A stretch of 64,000 nt of DNA from Tubulanus polymorphus (Eukaryota; Animalia; Nemertea): the NCBI RefSeq assembly GCF_964204645.1, contig NC_134030.1, positions 13,118,857-13,182,856 on the forward strand, in the 5' to 3' direction. Made by a program: the position numbers and the translations under genes. The notes below the pieces were generated by a model. The model did not search any database. It saw only the letters and a list, made by a program, of their open reading frames with translations, and had not been told where the DNA came from. This document shows positions 13,072 to 24,957 of the stretch, piece after piece; the first letter of the stretch is position 1; each line of letters begins with the position of its first letter.

Positions 13072-13672
13072 TTATTTTAGTTAATTTTTGTTCTGATTCA
13101 TTTTCTGTTTCGCCGTTTGGTTGTGGTACATCTGTTTCGTTCTTACCTGATTTATATTCCATAGGCTTGATATTCGAAAATGTTATGACACTAGTAGAAA
13201 TTAATGTCATAACCGATCCTAATTGGAATAAAGCATATCCAACCCATTTTTGTAATTCAGTCATAACTAAGTAGTCATTTTTCAAATCAGTATATAATTT
13301 ATTTTCATCATCAATTGGTATTAACTGGTTACATAACTTAGAGTAACATTTTATAATGCTATCTGAAATAGAATCATTTATTCTGGCTAATCTAGCTTCT
13401 TCATAAATCTTAAAATATTTTACTACTTTATCTGGTTTCATAGAGTCTAGTTCTTGAAAAGCAATAGTCTTAGTTAAAAATTGTTCACACTTCCCGCTAG
13501 CAATTAGTAATTCAAGATGGTGCTTACAATATAAGTAGTATTCATAATCTATATTGTTATTAACTTGAATATTATTTTCAATTTTGGTTGGAATATCCTT
13601 ATTATCACTAATACCTAAATCACCTAATGTTTTTTCAATATCAATACTATTCTTATTAGATTTCTTTGACAT
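13064..13672 (-). CDS. Maverick hypothetical protein, 202 aa, hydrophobic segment near C-terminus
   Basis: Intact ORF with TAAATG start, co-oriented with the viral genes. Confidence 0.75.
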   Translation of the reverse strand: MSKKSNKNSIDIEKTLGDLGISDNKDIPTKIENNIQVNNNIDYEYYLYCKHHLELLIASGKCEQFLTKTIAFQELDSMKPDKVVKYFKIYEEARLARINDSISDSIIKCYSKLCNQLIPIDDENKLYTDLKNDYLVMTELQKWVGYALFQLGSVMTLISTSVITFSNIKPMEYKSGKNETDVPQPNGETENESEQKLTKINE

Positions 13673-13921
13673 TTATATTAGAGAAATTTAATAATAAAAA
13701 TATTATAAGTATTATAAAATGATACTAAATAGTTAAAGTTAAAGAATTCTAGTATTGACTACTGATACTAGCTATTTGAATTTAAAGAATTTCTATTTGA
13801 ATCTATTCAAAATATAAAGTATTCTCTTTTTGAAAAGAAAATATTAAAAATATAATAGAATTCACTGGTTAGTTGAAGTTATGTTTTTTAATATTTTTTA
13901 TTAAAATTAGGATTTAGATTA

Positions 13922-13984
13922 TCTCACTACTATTGTTTATCTATTAGGAGCAGTAATTATAACTGTCCAGATAAGTCATTTCCG
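13922..13984 (-). other. Conserved non-coding hairpin element (copy 1)
   Basis: GAAATGACTTATCTGGACAGT...ACTGCTCCTAATAGATAAACAATAGTAGTGAGA, matched by 58894-58951 in the second Maverick. Confidence 0.75.
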
Positions 13985-14673
13985 ATTCTCGATAATAAAT
14001 CCTCAAACTAAAAACAAATTCAAAGAAACGACTGGTGGAAATACTATTTCATAAACACACATATATTTTATTCTACAATCATTATCGATTTCCACATTCC
14101 TCACCGGGCGTCTGAGGCCCGGCAAGTTATGCGTGGAATGCAGGAATCAATAAAGTACAATACAACATCTGTCACTGTGTGTCATTAACAACAGCTTAAT
14201 GACGCAATTGAAATTCCGACAAACGTAATGCATTGAAAGCCTATACAGTATGGCTAAACTGCTACAGTCTCATGAGTTGAAAAATCCGTAATTTCTGATT
14301 CCACATCCATCCATCTTCACTTTCTTGATTCAATGGTCTTCATTTTGTTATCTAAAAGATAAATATCTAACGTAGAATAAAACTAACTTGAAGTTGTAGT
14401 TGTAAAATATTAATTACAGCACTTAAACATGGTCATTTGTGGCGCATCTTACCAGGGTAAGTTTTACATGTTAACGTTTCCCGGCGCTTAATCACAACAA
14501 AAACAGTACTTATATTTATAACTGTAAACTCCTAAAATTGTGTTTATAGAGAGAATATCCTATGCGTTCCTATGCGTATGTGCTGCGCGCTTATATATAA
14601 CTGCCAGTTATTCACTAGCTAAACACTGCCTGAGCAACAGATGTTCCTTTGTAATGTTATTGATTAATCCTTT

Positions 14674-17600
14674 TCAACTGAAATAGCACATTCGATCAAT
14701 ATTCAAATGAGATACACCCCATCTTGGTACGTGCATATTTCTGATCGCATAATTCAGATCTGAAACTATTCTTTGCCACTGTAGACCAAATTTCTCTGGT
14801 ACTGGTGTATCCCAATCATATGATTCTCTCCACAATGTTTGAATTAATATTTTCCCCCTAATAGAAATTGGTAATATAAGACCAAACGGATCATAAATCT
14901 TGGCTAAATTTTGAACAATAGTCCGTTTCGTAGTACCAGAGAATTCGTCTAATATAACCTTTCCTTTGAAGGTGATAATATCTTGCTCAATACTCCAATT
15001 CAATCCTAAGCTATTCACATGATTTGAATATTCCAATACTTTCTCAGATTCTGCCAATGAACGTACCTCTTCACTGTTTGAAGACCAGGACCTTAAATTC
15101 ATTCCTGCTAGAGAAAAGATCTCTCTCGAAGACTTAAGATAATCTAAGCTATTCTCCTCGGAATTGCATGATGTCAATATGTTATCTACGTAAATGTTTC
15201 GTAGAATATCGGAACTCGTTCGACAATTTTCAGTTACTACCTGATTCCGTAAATGATGTAAAATTGTGCAATTCAAAATAAATGGAGAACAGGTAGCACC
15301 AAATAATACTCGTTTGAAACGATAAGTTACTAGTTCAGAATCTGGATTTCCTGGCTCTCTAAACCAAACGAATCTAGTTACATCCCTATCTTCAGGGTCG
15401 ATGCCTATTTGGAGAAAGGCTTTTTCGATGTCCGCACAAAGACCAATCTCGTTCAATCTAAATCTCAATAAGATACCTGTGAGATCGTTCTGTAGAGCTG
15501 GACCAGGTTCTAAACTATCGTTCAAACTAGGTGATCCAAAACTACAATCAAAAACAATTCGAATTGGAGTTGTATTCGATTGTCTGTACACAGGATGATG
15601 TGCCAAATAATGTACTCGTCTCGATGATGGATGTAAATCATCCACCGGAACAATCTCAATATAATCTCGTCTCAATTGCTCATCAATAATCGCCGAATAG
15701 ATTTTAAGAATTTCCGGAGTTTTTGAAAGTTTCTTCAAAGTTGATTTAGTCCTATTTACAACAGCACAATAATTAGTTGTTAACGTATCATGTTCAGTTT
15801 TCCAAGGTAATTTCACATTGTATCGACCGTCATTGTCTTTCCATATAAAATCACAAATGTACTTATCAACAAAACTCTCATCCGATAATTTTTCAATCCC
15901 AATTTCGTCACAATTCAAAGAAAATTCAGGGTATGACAAAACACTCATTATCGAAATTTTATCATTGGAAGTACCAGTCGGACCCGACACCAAATAACCA
16001 ACACATGATTTTATAGCTACAGGACCTTGTTTTGATCTGATTATCTCAGAACTAACAAAATCGTAATAATGATCGCTTCCAATCAAAAGCTGAACTTCAA
16101 ATTTGCACTCTGAGTGAATTGGATTAGCCAAATTTAAATCTTTGAATTCAGGAATCTCAAGAAAACCACCCATGTCTAATGGACGTGTAATCATCGGAAC
16201 CACCAAAACAGATACTTCGATTAAATACGAATTCTCACACTCGATGCATATTTTTACGACATCCAAAGTTCTAACTTTCGAATTCTGTGATCCAAATGCA
16301 CCTAAATCTAGTGTTTCAGTCCTACTGGATTTCAAACCTAACTGACTCGCCATTTTGGCCGTCATAAATGATCGCTGCGAGCCATCATCGAACAATGTAT
16401 TACAGGACACAATAGAACCACTATACGGGTTCTCGATATTAACAACTGCAGTCTTCAACAGAACATTTCCGAAAGAATTACACAAACTAATATTCTGAGA
16501 TACCGTTTGTGTCTCAATGTGATCATCACTTTGTATTAAAGACTCTGTTTCAAAAATCGGAACCGATGAAGACTGCGTTGTCACAGAATTTGTCATATTG
16601 CTTTTGATTCTATTTTTCTCATTGCCTATACCACGGTTTTGACCTTCCTCAACGGAAAAATTGACACCTCTAGAATTCGGAACAGAATAAGGTGTTTCCC
16701 GCGTTTGAAAACAAATACTGGTGTGATGTCGCTTTTTACACATACGACACGAATATTTAGACTTGCAGTTTCCGGCATGATGCTTATCTCCTAAACAATT
16801 AAAACACAAAGATTTGTTTCTCAGAATTTCCATCCTCTTTTTAACATCATTAACTACAGTGCACTCGTTGGATGCATGCAAACCTTCGCAAAAAACAAAC
16901 TTCTTTTTAGAATTCTGAGCTCCGGTCGATAAGAATAATTGACTTACGGTGCTTGTAGGTTCAGTAATAGTACAATTACTCACATCTTTGACATCAAGAG
17001 ATACAGTGGACTCAATAATTTCTAATTCGAATCTAAAACAATCAAGAAGAGATGTTATTGACCATTCACAATTTTTGTTTGTGCGACACATATTTCGATA
17101 GATTTCATACGGAAGCTTTCTTATAATTATTGGTACCAACATTGCGCCGTAATTATCATGAGACGTTCCAAGTGCATTCAACTGACGCATGTGACAATTA
17201 CATTCGTCGTAAAATTTACGCAGGGATGATTGTTCGTTGTTCGGTGGACTTAAATCAACAAGCGCGGAAAGGTAAGCCTGTGATATCTTGTGATTCTGTC
17301 CAAATCGCGTTTTCAACAAACTAACAGCCGCTGAATAATTGTCATTCGTCAATGGCAAACCGTCAATTCACGATCTTGCATCGCCGATTAACAAACACTT
17401 CAAATAGCTAAATTTTTCGATTTCCGAAAACTGCGAGTTGAGATGAACCGACGTTTCGAATAAACCCCAGAACGTTGGCCACTCTTTCAAATTTCCGTTA
17501 TAATTCGGATGTTGTAACTTTGGTAGTAAAGCTGTTTTAATTTCAGTTGATCTCACTGGTGACTGTTTCTCTAGCGAAGACATTTTCCCGATTTCACGGT

Positions 17601-17898
17601 TAAATTTGAAAATACTGCCATTCAAATTGTTCAAATAATCTTCAGCTTCCAAAATAAATTGTTCTATTTCATTATCAGACTGGATCTCGTCTAATAAATG
17701 GGCATCAATCATCTCTAACTGGCTGAATTTGCGTTTGAGATTGTTCAAATTAATACTAGCCTTTAGTAAGTCGTGTTCTCTGATAGCTGTATCACATGCA
17801 GAGGTAAGAGCGTTCGCGACTCTTCTGTTTGCTGAACGTCCTGCTCTCGAAAGTTTTACACCAACTCCTGATTTTTCGGTAGCTGAATTCTCCGCCAT
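14674..17898 (-). pseudogene. BEL/Pao LTR retrotransposon gag-protease-RT, truncated before RNase H
   Basis: DUF1759-like WPTFWGLF, Cys/His knuckles CFNCLG..H..C, protease LFDDGSQRSF, RT RIVFDCS / ADIEKAFLQ / YVDN; frame break near 17360. Confidence 0.93.
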
Positions 17899-17947
17899 TG
17901 TTCTCTGATTCTCTGGCTTCTTCTAAGAAGTTTGGTTCATCTCTTTC

Positions 17948-17963
17948 TCGGCTCGAGGGACCA
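17948..17963 (-). promoter_or_regulatory. Primer-binding site of the BEL element
   Basis: TGGTCCCTCGAGCCG just after the LTR end; resembles the tRNA-Tyr-type PBS common in BEL/Pao. Confidence 0.7.
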
Positions 17964-17966
17964 TTA

Positions 17967-18246
17967 TGTCAATACCTTTTCTCCAGAAAGAAGTGACTAG
18001 CAGTACGACTCGGTGTTGACATTAATGTAGTTTATTCTCAAAAGTGACTCCCTCTACCCTTTACATATCAATATATATAGTGAAATATCACATGATGTGT
18101 ACTGAGCATGACGTACAGATGTAATGCAGTTTAATACAGTTTAATACAGTTGAACACAGTTGAATACACGTTACTGCAGAACAAGTTACTGCTCTAGTGA
18201 GCAGTATTCTATAGTTGATATAAATGTATGTATAACCATTCCAATA
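17967..18246 (-). repeat. Single BEL LTR (280 bp) lying between integrase and gag
   Basis: Preceded by purine-rich tract GCCGGGCGGGAGTA; starts TATTGG (decayed TG), ends GACA; has TATA-like and AATAAA motifs; followed by the PBS. Confidence 0.8.
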
Positions 18247-18372
18247 TACTCCCGCCCGGCGTAAGCGTGATTTAAGTACACATATAAATTTGAAAGAGTT
18301 ATCAATATATACACGATTTTAAACTACTATCCCATATTCATTAATACAAAATTTGAAAGTACACATTGTTCA

Positions 18373-21330
18373 TTAATACAAATTGTCGGATTGCTCCGCC
18401 GCCGCGATGGCCGTGATCTTCTCCTCTGCTGCAACGGCAGCAGCTCTTTTCGGTCGCACATTCGCTTCTCCCGCTGTTTTTGTAGCCGAATATTTCGATA
18501 CGGATGCAAAATCGGTTGACGCATAAACTTCGAGAGGGTACAGTTTCGGCAACGCTCTATTCGTGTGACCTCTCGCGGTTTTTAACGAAACATTGCGTAC
18601 TTTTCCGTCCTTTCCACGATGTAATTCCGTAATTACGCCAAGTCGCCATTTCAATCGTGGCCCATCATCGTGAATTTGAACGACCGAACCTTTTCTCACT
18701 AATTCCGTATCAACTCCCTTACATTTCTGATATTCGCGCAAATTTAACAAGTATTCACCTTTCCAGCGTCTCTTATATTCACTGAGTAGCAAGGAAATAT
18801 ATTTCATCCTACGTGTTAACAATTCGCGAGTGACACAAAAGTTCGGATCATTCAACTCATAATCTCGCACACTAGGTTGAGGTAACCCGGTTATCCGGTG
18901 ACCGAACATTAACATGGATGGCGTCAAAGCTTCTAAATCTGAAACATCTGAAGTTAGATAGGTCAACGGCCTATCATTTAAATGAGATTCAACTTCAATT
19001 AAAAAAGTATTTAACTCATCATAGGTAAGTAGAGCTCTACCGAGTACTTTTTTTGTTATATTTTTCACCAACCCAATCAATCGTTCGTAAAACCCCCCTT
19101 GCCAGGGGGCCCTCTTAGCTATGAATAGCCATTTCACCCTGTTCACGGATAGATAGTCCGTTACTTCAACCGATGAAATAATTTCATCTAGAATTTTATA
19201 CGCCGATGTAAATGTTGTTGCGTTATCAGAAACACAAGTCCTCGGCAAACCTCTACGACCTGCAAACCTACGTAACGCTAACAAAAAACAATCAGGAGTT
19301 AAATCCCGAACTAGCTCTAAATGCACCGCTCTACTGACCGCACATGTAAATAAACAAACGTGGCATTTAGAGGTTTCGCCACCAGATCCCTTAATCACAA
19401 GTGGACCTAAATAATCAATACCAGTATGGTGAAAGACTGGAACCTCTGAAACTCTGATACCAGGTAGTGAAGGAGGTAACGGTAAGAAAAAGGGTCTACC
19501 ATGCACACGTTTGCACTTAACAGCATGATTTCAGTAGGTCCTTTACTCTTTGACGGATACTCGGTATCCAATATTTACATCGAATATCGGCAACAGTAGC
19601 ATTAACGCCTTGATGCATTATTCTGAAATGTGATCGACGAATCACCAAATTGACATACTGGTGATATTTTGGAAGCAGTATTGGTCGTTTAGCCAAATCG
19701 TCCAAATCTGCATTCTCTAACCGACCATTCGAACGAATCAAGCCATCATTACCAATAAACAACTGTAAATCTTTTGTCAACCTGTCAACAACCGGAGCTC
19801 TAAATGACTTGTCACCCGACAATCGCGCAAACACCAGAGGATATTCCGATCTTTGAATACACAATAACCACACTTTCTCAGAATTGTTTAGATCATCAGC
19901 CGAAATACTGTCAAAGTTTCTATCAGAAACTGTTACCTTACAATTATTTATGAAACGAAGTACTAAGGTAGTCATTCTGAACAACTTAGTTAATGACGAG
20001 AAACCATCTGCATCTACTACTTTCGAAATGCCGACAGGTTCACTTTTTTCAATTGAAACATATTGTACACATGTAGATGTATTTATGTGTATAATCGGAA
20101 TTTGATTTATTCGATCTGCGATGTCAATTGGACCGCACAACAACTGCCCGTTAGAAAATAGGCATTGTGCAGATTGTCACGATTGCCACGTGACCGGGAA
20201 ACCTCAAACCACTTAACGGAGACTCGTCACGTTGGAAATGAATATGTTTATTTACACTATGTACAGATAGTAGCAGACAGATACTTATATTCGGCGCAAT
20301 AACGATCTTGGCTGCATCAAATCATGCGGTCCGCAATGGATCGCTGCACTTGCAGGGAGCAAGACGGAAAATCGCTCGGCACTTGTAGCCGGGAAAAGTG
20401 ATAATATCGATGCGGCACGTATGCGTCAAATCATGCGGTCCGCAATGGATCGCTGCACTTGCAGGAAGCAAGACGGAAAATCGCTCGGCACTTGTAGCCG
20501 GGAAAAGTGATAATATCGATGCGGCACGTATAGCCGGAAATACAATAATCCACTGGCAGGCGTTAGCTACAAAATATAAGCTAGACACAAAAACACATTT
20601 TGAGTATCATGCGAATACTACAAATAATGATTTGAAGTTACCTAAATGAACTACCTATCATTAGATTAATCATTACTTTAACTATGTAAGAACACAACTA
20701 CAATTATACTTAATATAGAATTATAAGTAAATGTCAAAAAGGACGTAAGAATCCCACTTAAATATTTAAGTTGCAATAACCTTTACTAAATTCCGACGTT
20801 TACGCCAAGAAACTACTGAATTGTTACTATTAATCACGGAAAACTAGAAAATATAAAACTCGTGTAAAACTTACCCCACGTATCGGGCAAAGCGCGCTCG
20901 TGGCAGCTGCGATATACACTCGACGCAGGCTTATGATATACTGCCACGATGTATGGCCAGTAAGGGCTTATAAATGCCGTAAAAGTTACGGTCAACAGAG
21001 CAAGGTACACCTAGCTAACATAATAAAGCAAGGGTACGCTGAGTGAAGATATATAGATTTGACACGTAGTTATTTATCGACCCCATTCGGTCGTGACACA
21101 GATACGCCTCAAGTCAATAAATCAGCTGGATTTCTATCACCATTACAAAATTGCCACTTATCAAAGTCACAAATAGATTTTATAGCACGAATTCTATTGG
21201 CAACAAATTCTGGTAATTTTTTATCACTTCTCAGCCAACTCAACACAATCTGACTATCCGAATAATATTGCGTTTCGATTACAGGATACGATTGTTTTAA
21301 TTCATCACAAAAATATTGCCCTAATTTAGA
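18373..21330 (-). pseudogene. BEL/Pao RNase H C-terminus and integrase, interrupted by a solo LTR
   Basis: SDSQIVLSW..FVANR..NPADLLT (21109-21330); zinc-binding H..H..C region; GIDYLGP, SDNATTF, GGFYERLIG; DUF5641-like tail GKDGKVR. Confidence 0.92.
20175..21098. mobile_element. Solo LTR with internal ~109-bp tandem duplication
   Basis: TGTCACGA...TCGTGACA termini; 5-bp TSD CAGAT (20170-20174, 21099-21103); removing it rejoins the BEL pol sequence. Confidence 0.9.
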
Positions 21331-21824
21331 AAAAAATAATACCCATATACTGAAATACACGCAAAGAAAACAGCGCCGAATCTCGGAATGACAATACACG
21401 CGCTGCAGTTAAAGAGCCATAGGAAAAAAACTAGGCAAGATATCTTAAAATTTCAAAGTTCACCTGAAAGGGGGCATTTATGCTCACAGTTCCTGAAATG
21501 TTTGGATTTTTTAGAAAATTATTTCTGAAAATAACGAACTTCAAAGTTCAGTACCCTTGATTTCTATGTGCACGGAAAAAACTGACCGCCAATTTTTATA
21601 TCGCTCTCATGTCGCATTGTTGCAAATTTAAAAAATGATTTTTACATAACTGAAAACTAGAGATTTATGCGGTTTGAATGTTGCTGAAACTGTCAAAATC
21701 CATCCATGGACAGATGAAATATGATACAACACACATCACGGATAGTTTTTAAAAAAGAGAAAAAAACGACCCAACAATACGGGACAAAAGTACCCTAACA
21801 AAATGGCGGCTAACAACTGTAAAA

Positions 21825-22365
21825 TGGTTTATTGTGTTAATCTAGATCTTAAGCATTGTTTCAATCTAAAATCAAGATCTGTTTTATATCTTTCTCTCAT
21901 ATATTCTGTCATATAATCATTGTAAGCTTCTCTATTATCTTCTCGATATTGCTTGGTATATAGTTTAGTACAATAAGATAAAATCCCACTATTTACAGAT
22001 TAAAAGAATTTAAAAACCAGAATTTATTTATTAAATCTAAAATATTTAAAAGACACGACGTTTCGATCTCACCCTAGAGATCATCATTTATTTAATAAAT
22101 AAATTCTAGTTTTTAAATTCTTTTAATCTGTAAATAGTGGGATTTTATCTTATTATCCGTTCGCCACGTTTGAGTGTGGTCATCGTTCTATAGTTTAGTA
22201 CAAGTTTTACAGCAATATTGAAAACCATCTTTGCTAATCTTACGCTTACTAAATTCTGTTAAAGCTAATTTATCTAATTCACAATTTAGAACACTTCTTG
22301 TAGTATATATTTATAACGCCAGTGTTATTTGTAATATTTATAGTTTGTGGTTGTTCTGATTCCAT
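21825..22365 (-). pseudogene. CxxC zinc-finger protein resembling the N-terminus of viral HNH/endonuclease VII-type proteins; truncated
   Basis: After removing 21974-22188 and one frameshift: KKCSNC...FSKRKISKDGFQYCCKTC...RERYKTDLDFRLKQCLRSRL. The catalytic C-terminus is not seen. Confidence 0.55.
21974..22188 (-). mobile_element. Miniature Penelope-type insertion (inverted pLTR fragment with partial hammerhead)
   Basis: 15-bp TSD TATAGTTTAGTACAA (21959-21973, 22189-22203); ~60-bp inverted arms; TGAT-GATCTC-TAGGGT-GAGATC-GAAACGTC on the minus strand. Confidence 0.85.
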
Positions 22366-22387
22366 TTATTATACATATTTTTTTACT

Positions 22388-22510
22388 AAATTGATTTTAG
22401 AAGTTCAATGATTTAAATATGAATTATTTCAATCACACTTTACTCACACTTTTAATGTTTAAAAATCTACTCATACAAATATGAATATTGAAATAATGTT
22501 TAAAATATAC
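22388..22510 (-). promoter_or_regulatory. Duplicated upstream (putative early promoter) block, copy 2
   Basis: ~120-bp direct repeat of 37323-37445; both lie immediately upstream of an ATG. Confidence 0.75.
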
Positions 22511-22848
22511 CTATGTATTAGATACCCTATTAGATACCCTATTATATACCCTAATACCTACCTATGTATTAGATACCCTATTAGATACCTTAATACTTAA
22601 AACCCCTTTTTTAAAATAAATATTATTTATACAATTTTCAACCAATTTATTTTTATTTTTTCAACTAATATATGAATAAGTTTGAAAATAATAAAGGTTA
22701 TTTATTATTACTGAGGTTTCAATATAAATTAAAAAAATATATAATTTAAGGTATTTTCAAATAATATGTATTAGATATGTATTAGATACCGTAATACTTA
22801 AAACCCCCTTTTTTATTTACTATTATTTTATACAATTTTCAACCTTTA

Positions 22849-23646
22849 TTACTTTTTGAGTGTTAGATAATTACTTTCTGAATCACTTTCATCATCACTC
22901 TCCAATTCATCATCAAACCCTAACCATTTATTCAAATGCTCTACCGTATCTTCATCATTAGTTGTTTCATTGTTATGCTTATTCATCCAATCAAATTTAT
23001 CATTATTTTCTACTTTATGTTTCATAGAATCTTTATTATCAATATGCTTATCTGTAACTATATTTTCATTATCATCTTTCTTAGTGTTTGATCCTAATAT
23101 TTTATTAGCATCGGTTAAATCTAATTCATCTTTATTAGCAACACCTAATAATAAATCTTCATATAATTCTTTACCATTTACTTTTTTATTTGAAACAAAC
23201 TTTGTAACATATCTAAATGGGTGTTCTATAAATTCGCTTAAACCAACACGTTCTATTACATTAGTAATATGTATCTTTGTATTCATATGTTTATTCCAAT
23301 TTGATGGAGCGTTTGAATATTCGCCTTTACAATAATCACAATAATTTCTATTTTCACTAATATCTAATATTATTTCATTATTAGATGAAGAAGGTATTAC
23401 ATTATTAGATGTAGAAGGTATTACATTATTAGATGTAGAAGGTATTACATTATTATCAATTACATTACTTAAATTATCAACAACACCACTTTTATTATTA
23501 TCGATTTCTATTAGTTTAGTTTTATAAATTTTGAAAATAGGATCAAATATCAAAGCTATATTACAAGGTATTACATAATATAAACCATCATTATTTTCAT
23601 GTGTATCGATGTATGGAATATTTTTATATACTTTACCTCCTTCTAT
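22849..23646 (-). CDS. Maverick hypothetical protein with C2H2-like zinc finger, NNVIPSTS repeats and acidic tail
   Basis: YCDYC...NKHMNTKIH; the frame stays open up to an ATA at 23646 in a decayed TAAAT(A) start context. Confidence 0.65.
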   Translation of the reverse strand: MEGGKVYKNIPYIDTHENNDGLYYVIPCNIALIFDPIFKIYKTKLIEIDNNKSGVVDNLSNVIDNNVIPSTSNNVIPSTSNNVIPSSSNNEIILDISENRNYCDYCKGEYSNAPSNWNKHMNTKIHITNVIERVGLSEFIEHPFRYVTKFVSNKKVNGKELYEDLLLGVANKDELDLTDANKILGSNTKKDDNENIVTDKHIDNKDSMKHKVENNDKFDWMNKHNNETTNDEDTVEHLNKWLGFDDELESDDESDSESNYLTLKK

Positions 23647-23678
23647 TTATTATATAAATTTTTATTTAAGTTAAAATT

Positions 23679-24917
23679 CTAATACATGACACTATTTAAT
23701 TGAGAATTTACAATATTTAATTGCGCGTCAGATATAATATAAATGTGCATTTTAAAATTTTTGATTCCTTTATTCTTTGTCATGAATAATTATATTCCAT
23801 CTTTAGTGTTTTGTAATTTTTTTCCAGAACCATGTAATGAATTATCCTCTGTTGTTCTAAAATCTAACCATAATGCATATTTATTACCGGTATAATAATC
23901 AATTTGATTAATATTACAATTTTCAGATGATTTTACTTTTTCATTCATAAAATGTTTTCTAATTTCTGGCCATTGATCTATCATTCTCATTCCTTGACAA
24001 AATATTTTATTTGCTATTCCTTCGATAGTTATTTCTACTTTTGCTATTTCAGGATTATAATAATTATCAACATTTATTGCACCATTAGTATATGTTGCAA
24101 TGGTAAAAAATATTAATATACCTTTAATAGATCTTCTTGGAAAGTTAATATTCTAATTAATAATTTCATCATTTGCATTAATAGTTACAGTTTTAAATTG
24201 ATCAATATAATCATTTAAAAATGAAAATCCTTGATTGTATTGAGTTTGAATTATACTTGAAATATTTTCATCAGTTACTGTATCATGTTCTAAACATATA
24301 TTCGATAATTTATAACCCATATCTTTATTAACGCTAGATATTACAATTTCATTTACAGGAGCAAATGTTATTTCGAATATAACGTCTTCTTGAATTGCGT
24401 ATTTATATAAAGGCGCATTATTATTTATCAATTCAAAGTCTAATGGAATTTTATATTTGCTTCCATATATACTTTTTATCTATAGCATTAGTTAATATTG
24501 CGCTATTAGCTTCTGATCTTAATTTATTTTGGTTTTCTGATTGGATTCCTTGAAATATCATATTATTTCTATTTTCTTTTGTTAACCATAAATCTTTATA
24601 ATGCATAAATAAATTATAATCATCTAATGAGAAAACTGTTTCTGGACCAATCTTTATGGTTAATTTTTAATCAAATATCTTCCAACATTATCAACAACAT
24701 AATTATTATTATTATCGGTTACTTTTATATTGGCTGATAAATAAATACTATTTGGAACATAAAAAGTATTTTGTGTTAATCGAGGAATTCTAACATATAA
24801 AGTTTCATCGGGATTAATATTTGAAGGGTTATGAGTAATTATATGATGTGATCTTTCTGCTTTAATAGCATTAGATATTCTATGATTCTTAGAAGGATTG
24901 ATATAACTCCCACTCAT
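23679..24917 (-). pseudogene. Probable double-jelly-roll major capsid protein (frameshifted)
   Basis: Pieces 24660-24917, 24153-24431 and 23790-23990 join to ~410 aa, beta-rich; the best-conserved gene between the two Maverick copies. The fold is inferred from size, context and composition. Confidence 0.7.
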
Positions 24918-24957
24918 TTATTTAACAAAAAAATCAATTATTTATTTTTGATTATGT

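Noticed and set aside
13990-14670. Possible further solo LTR next to the BEL element
   Set aside because: LTR-like composition and a TATA motif, but no convincing TG...CA termini or TSD.
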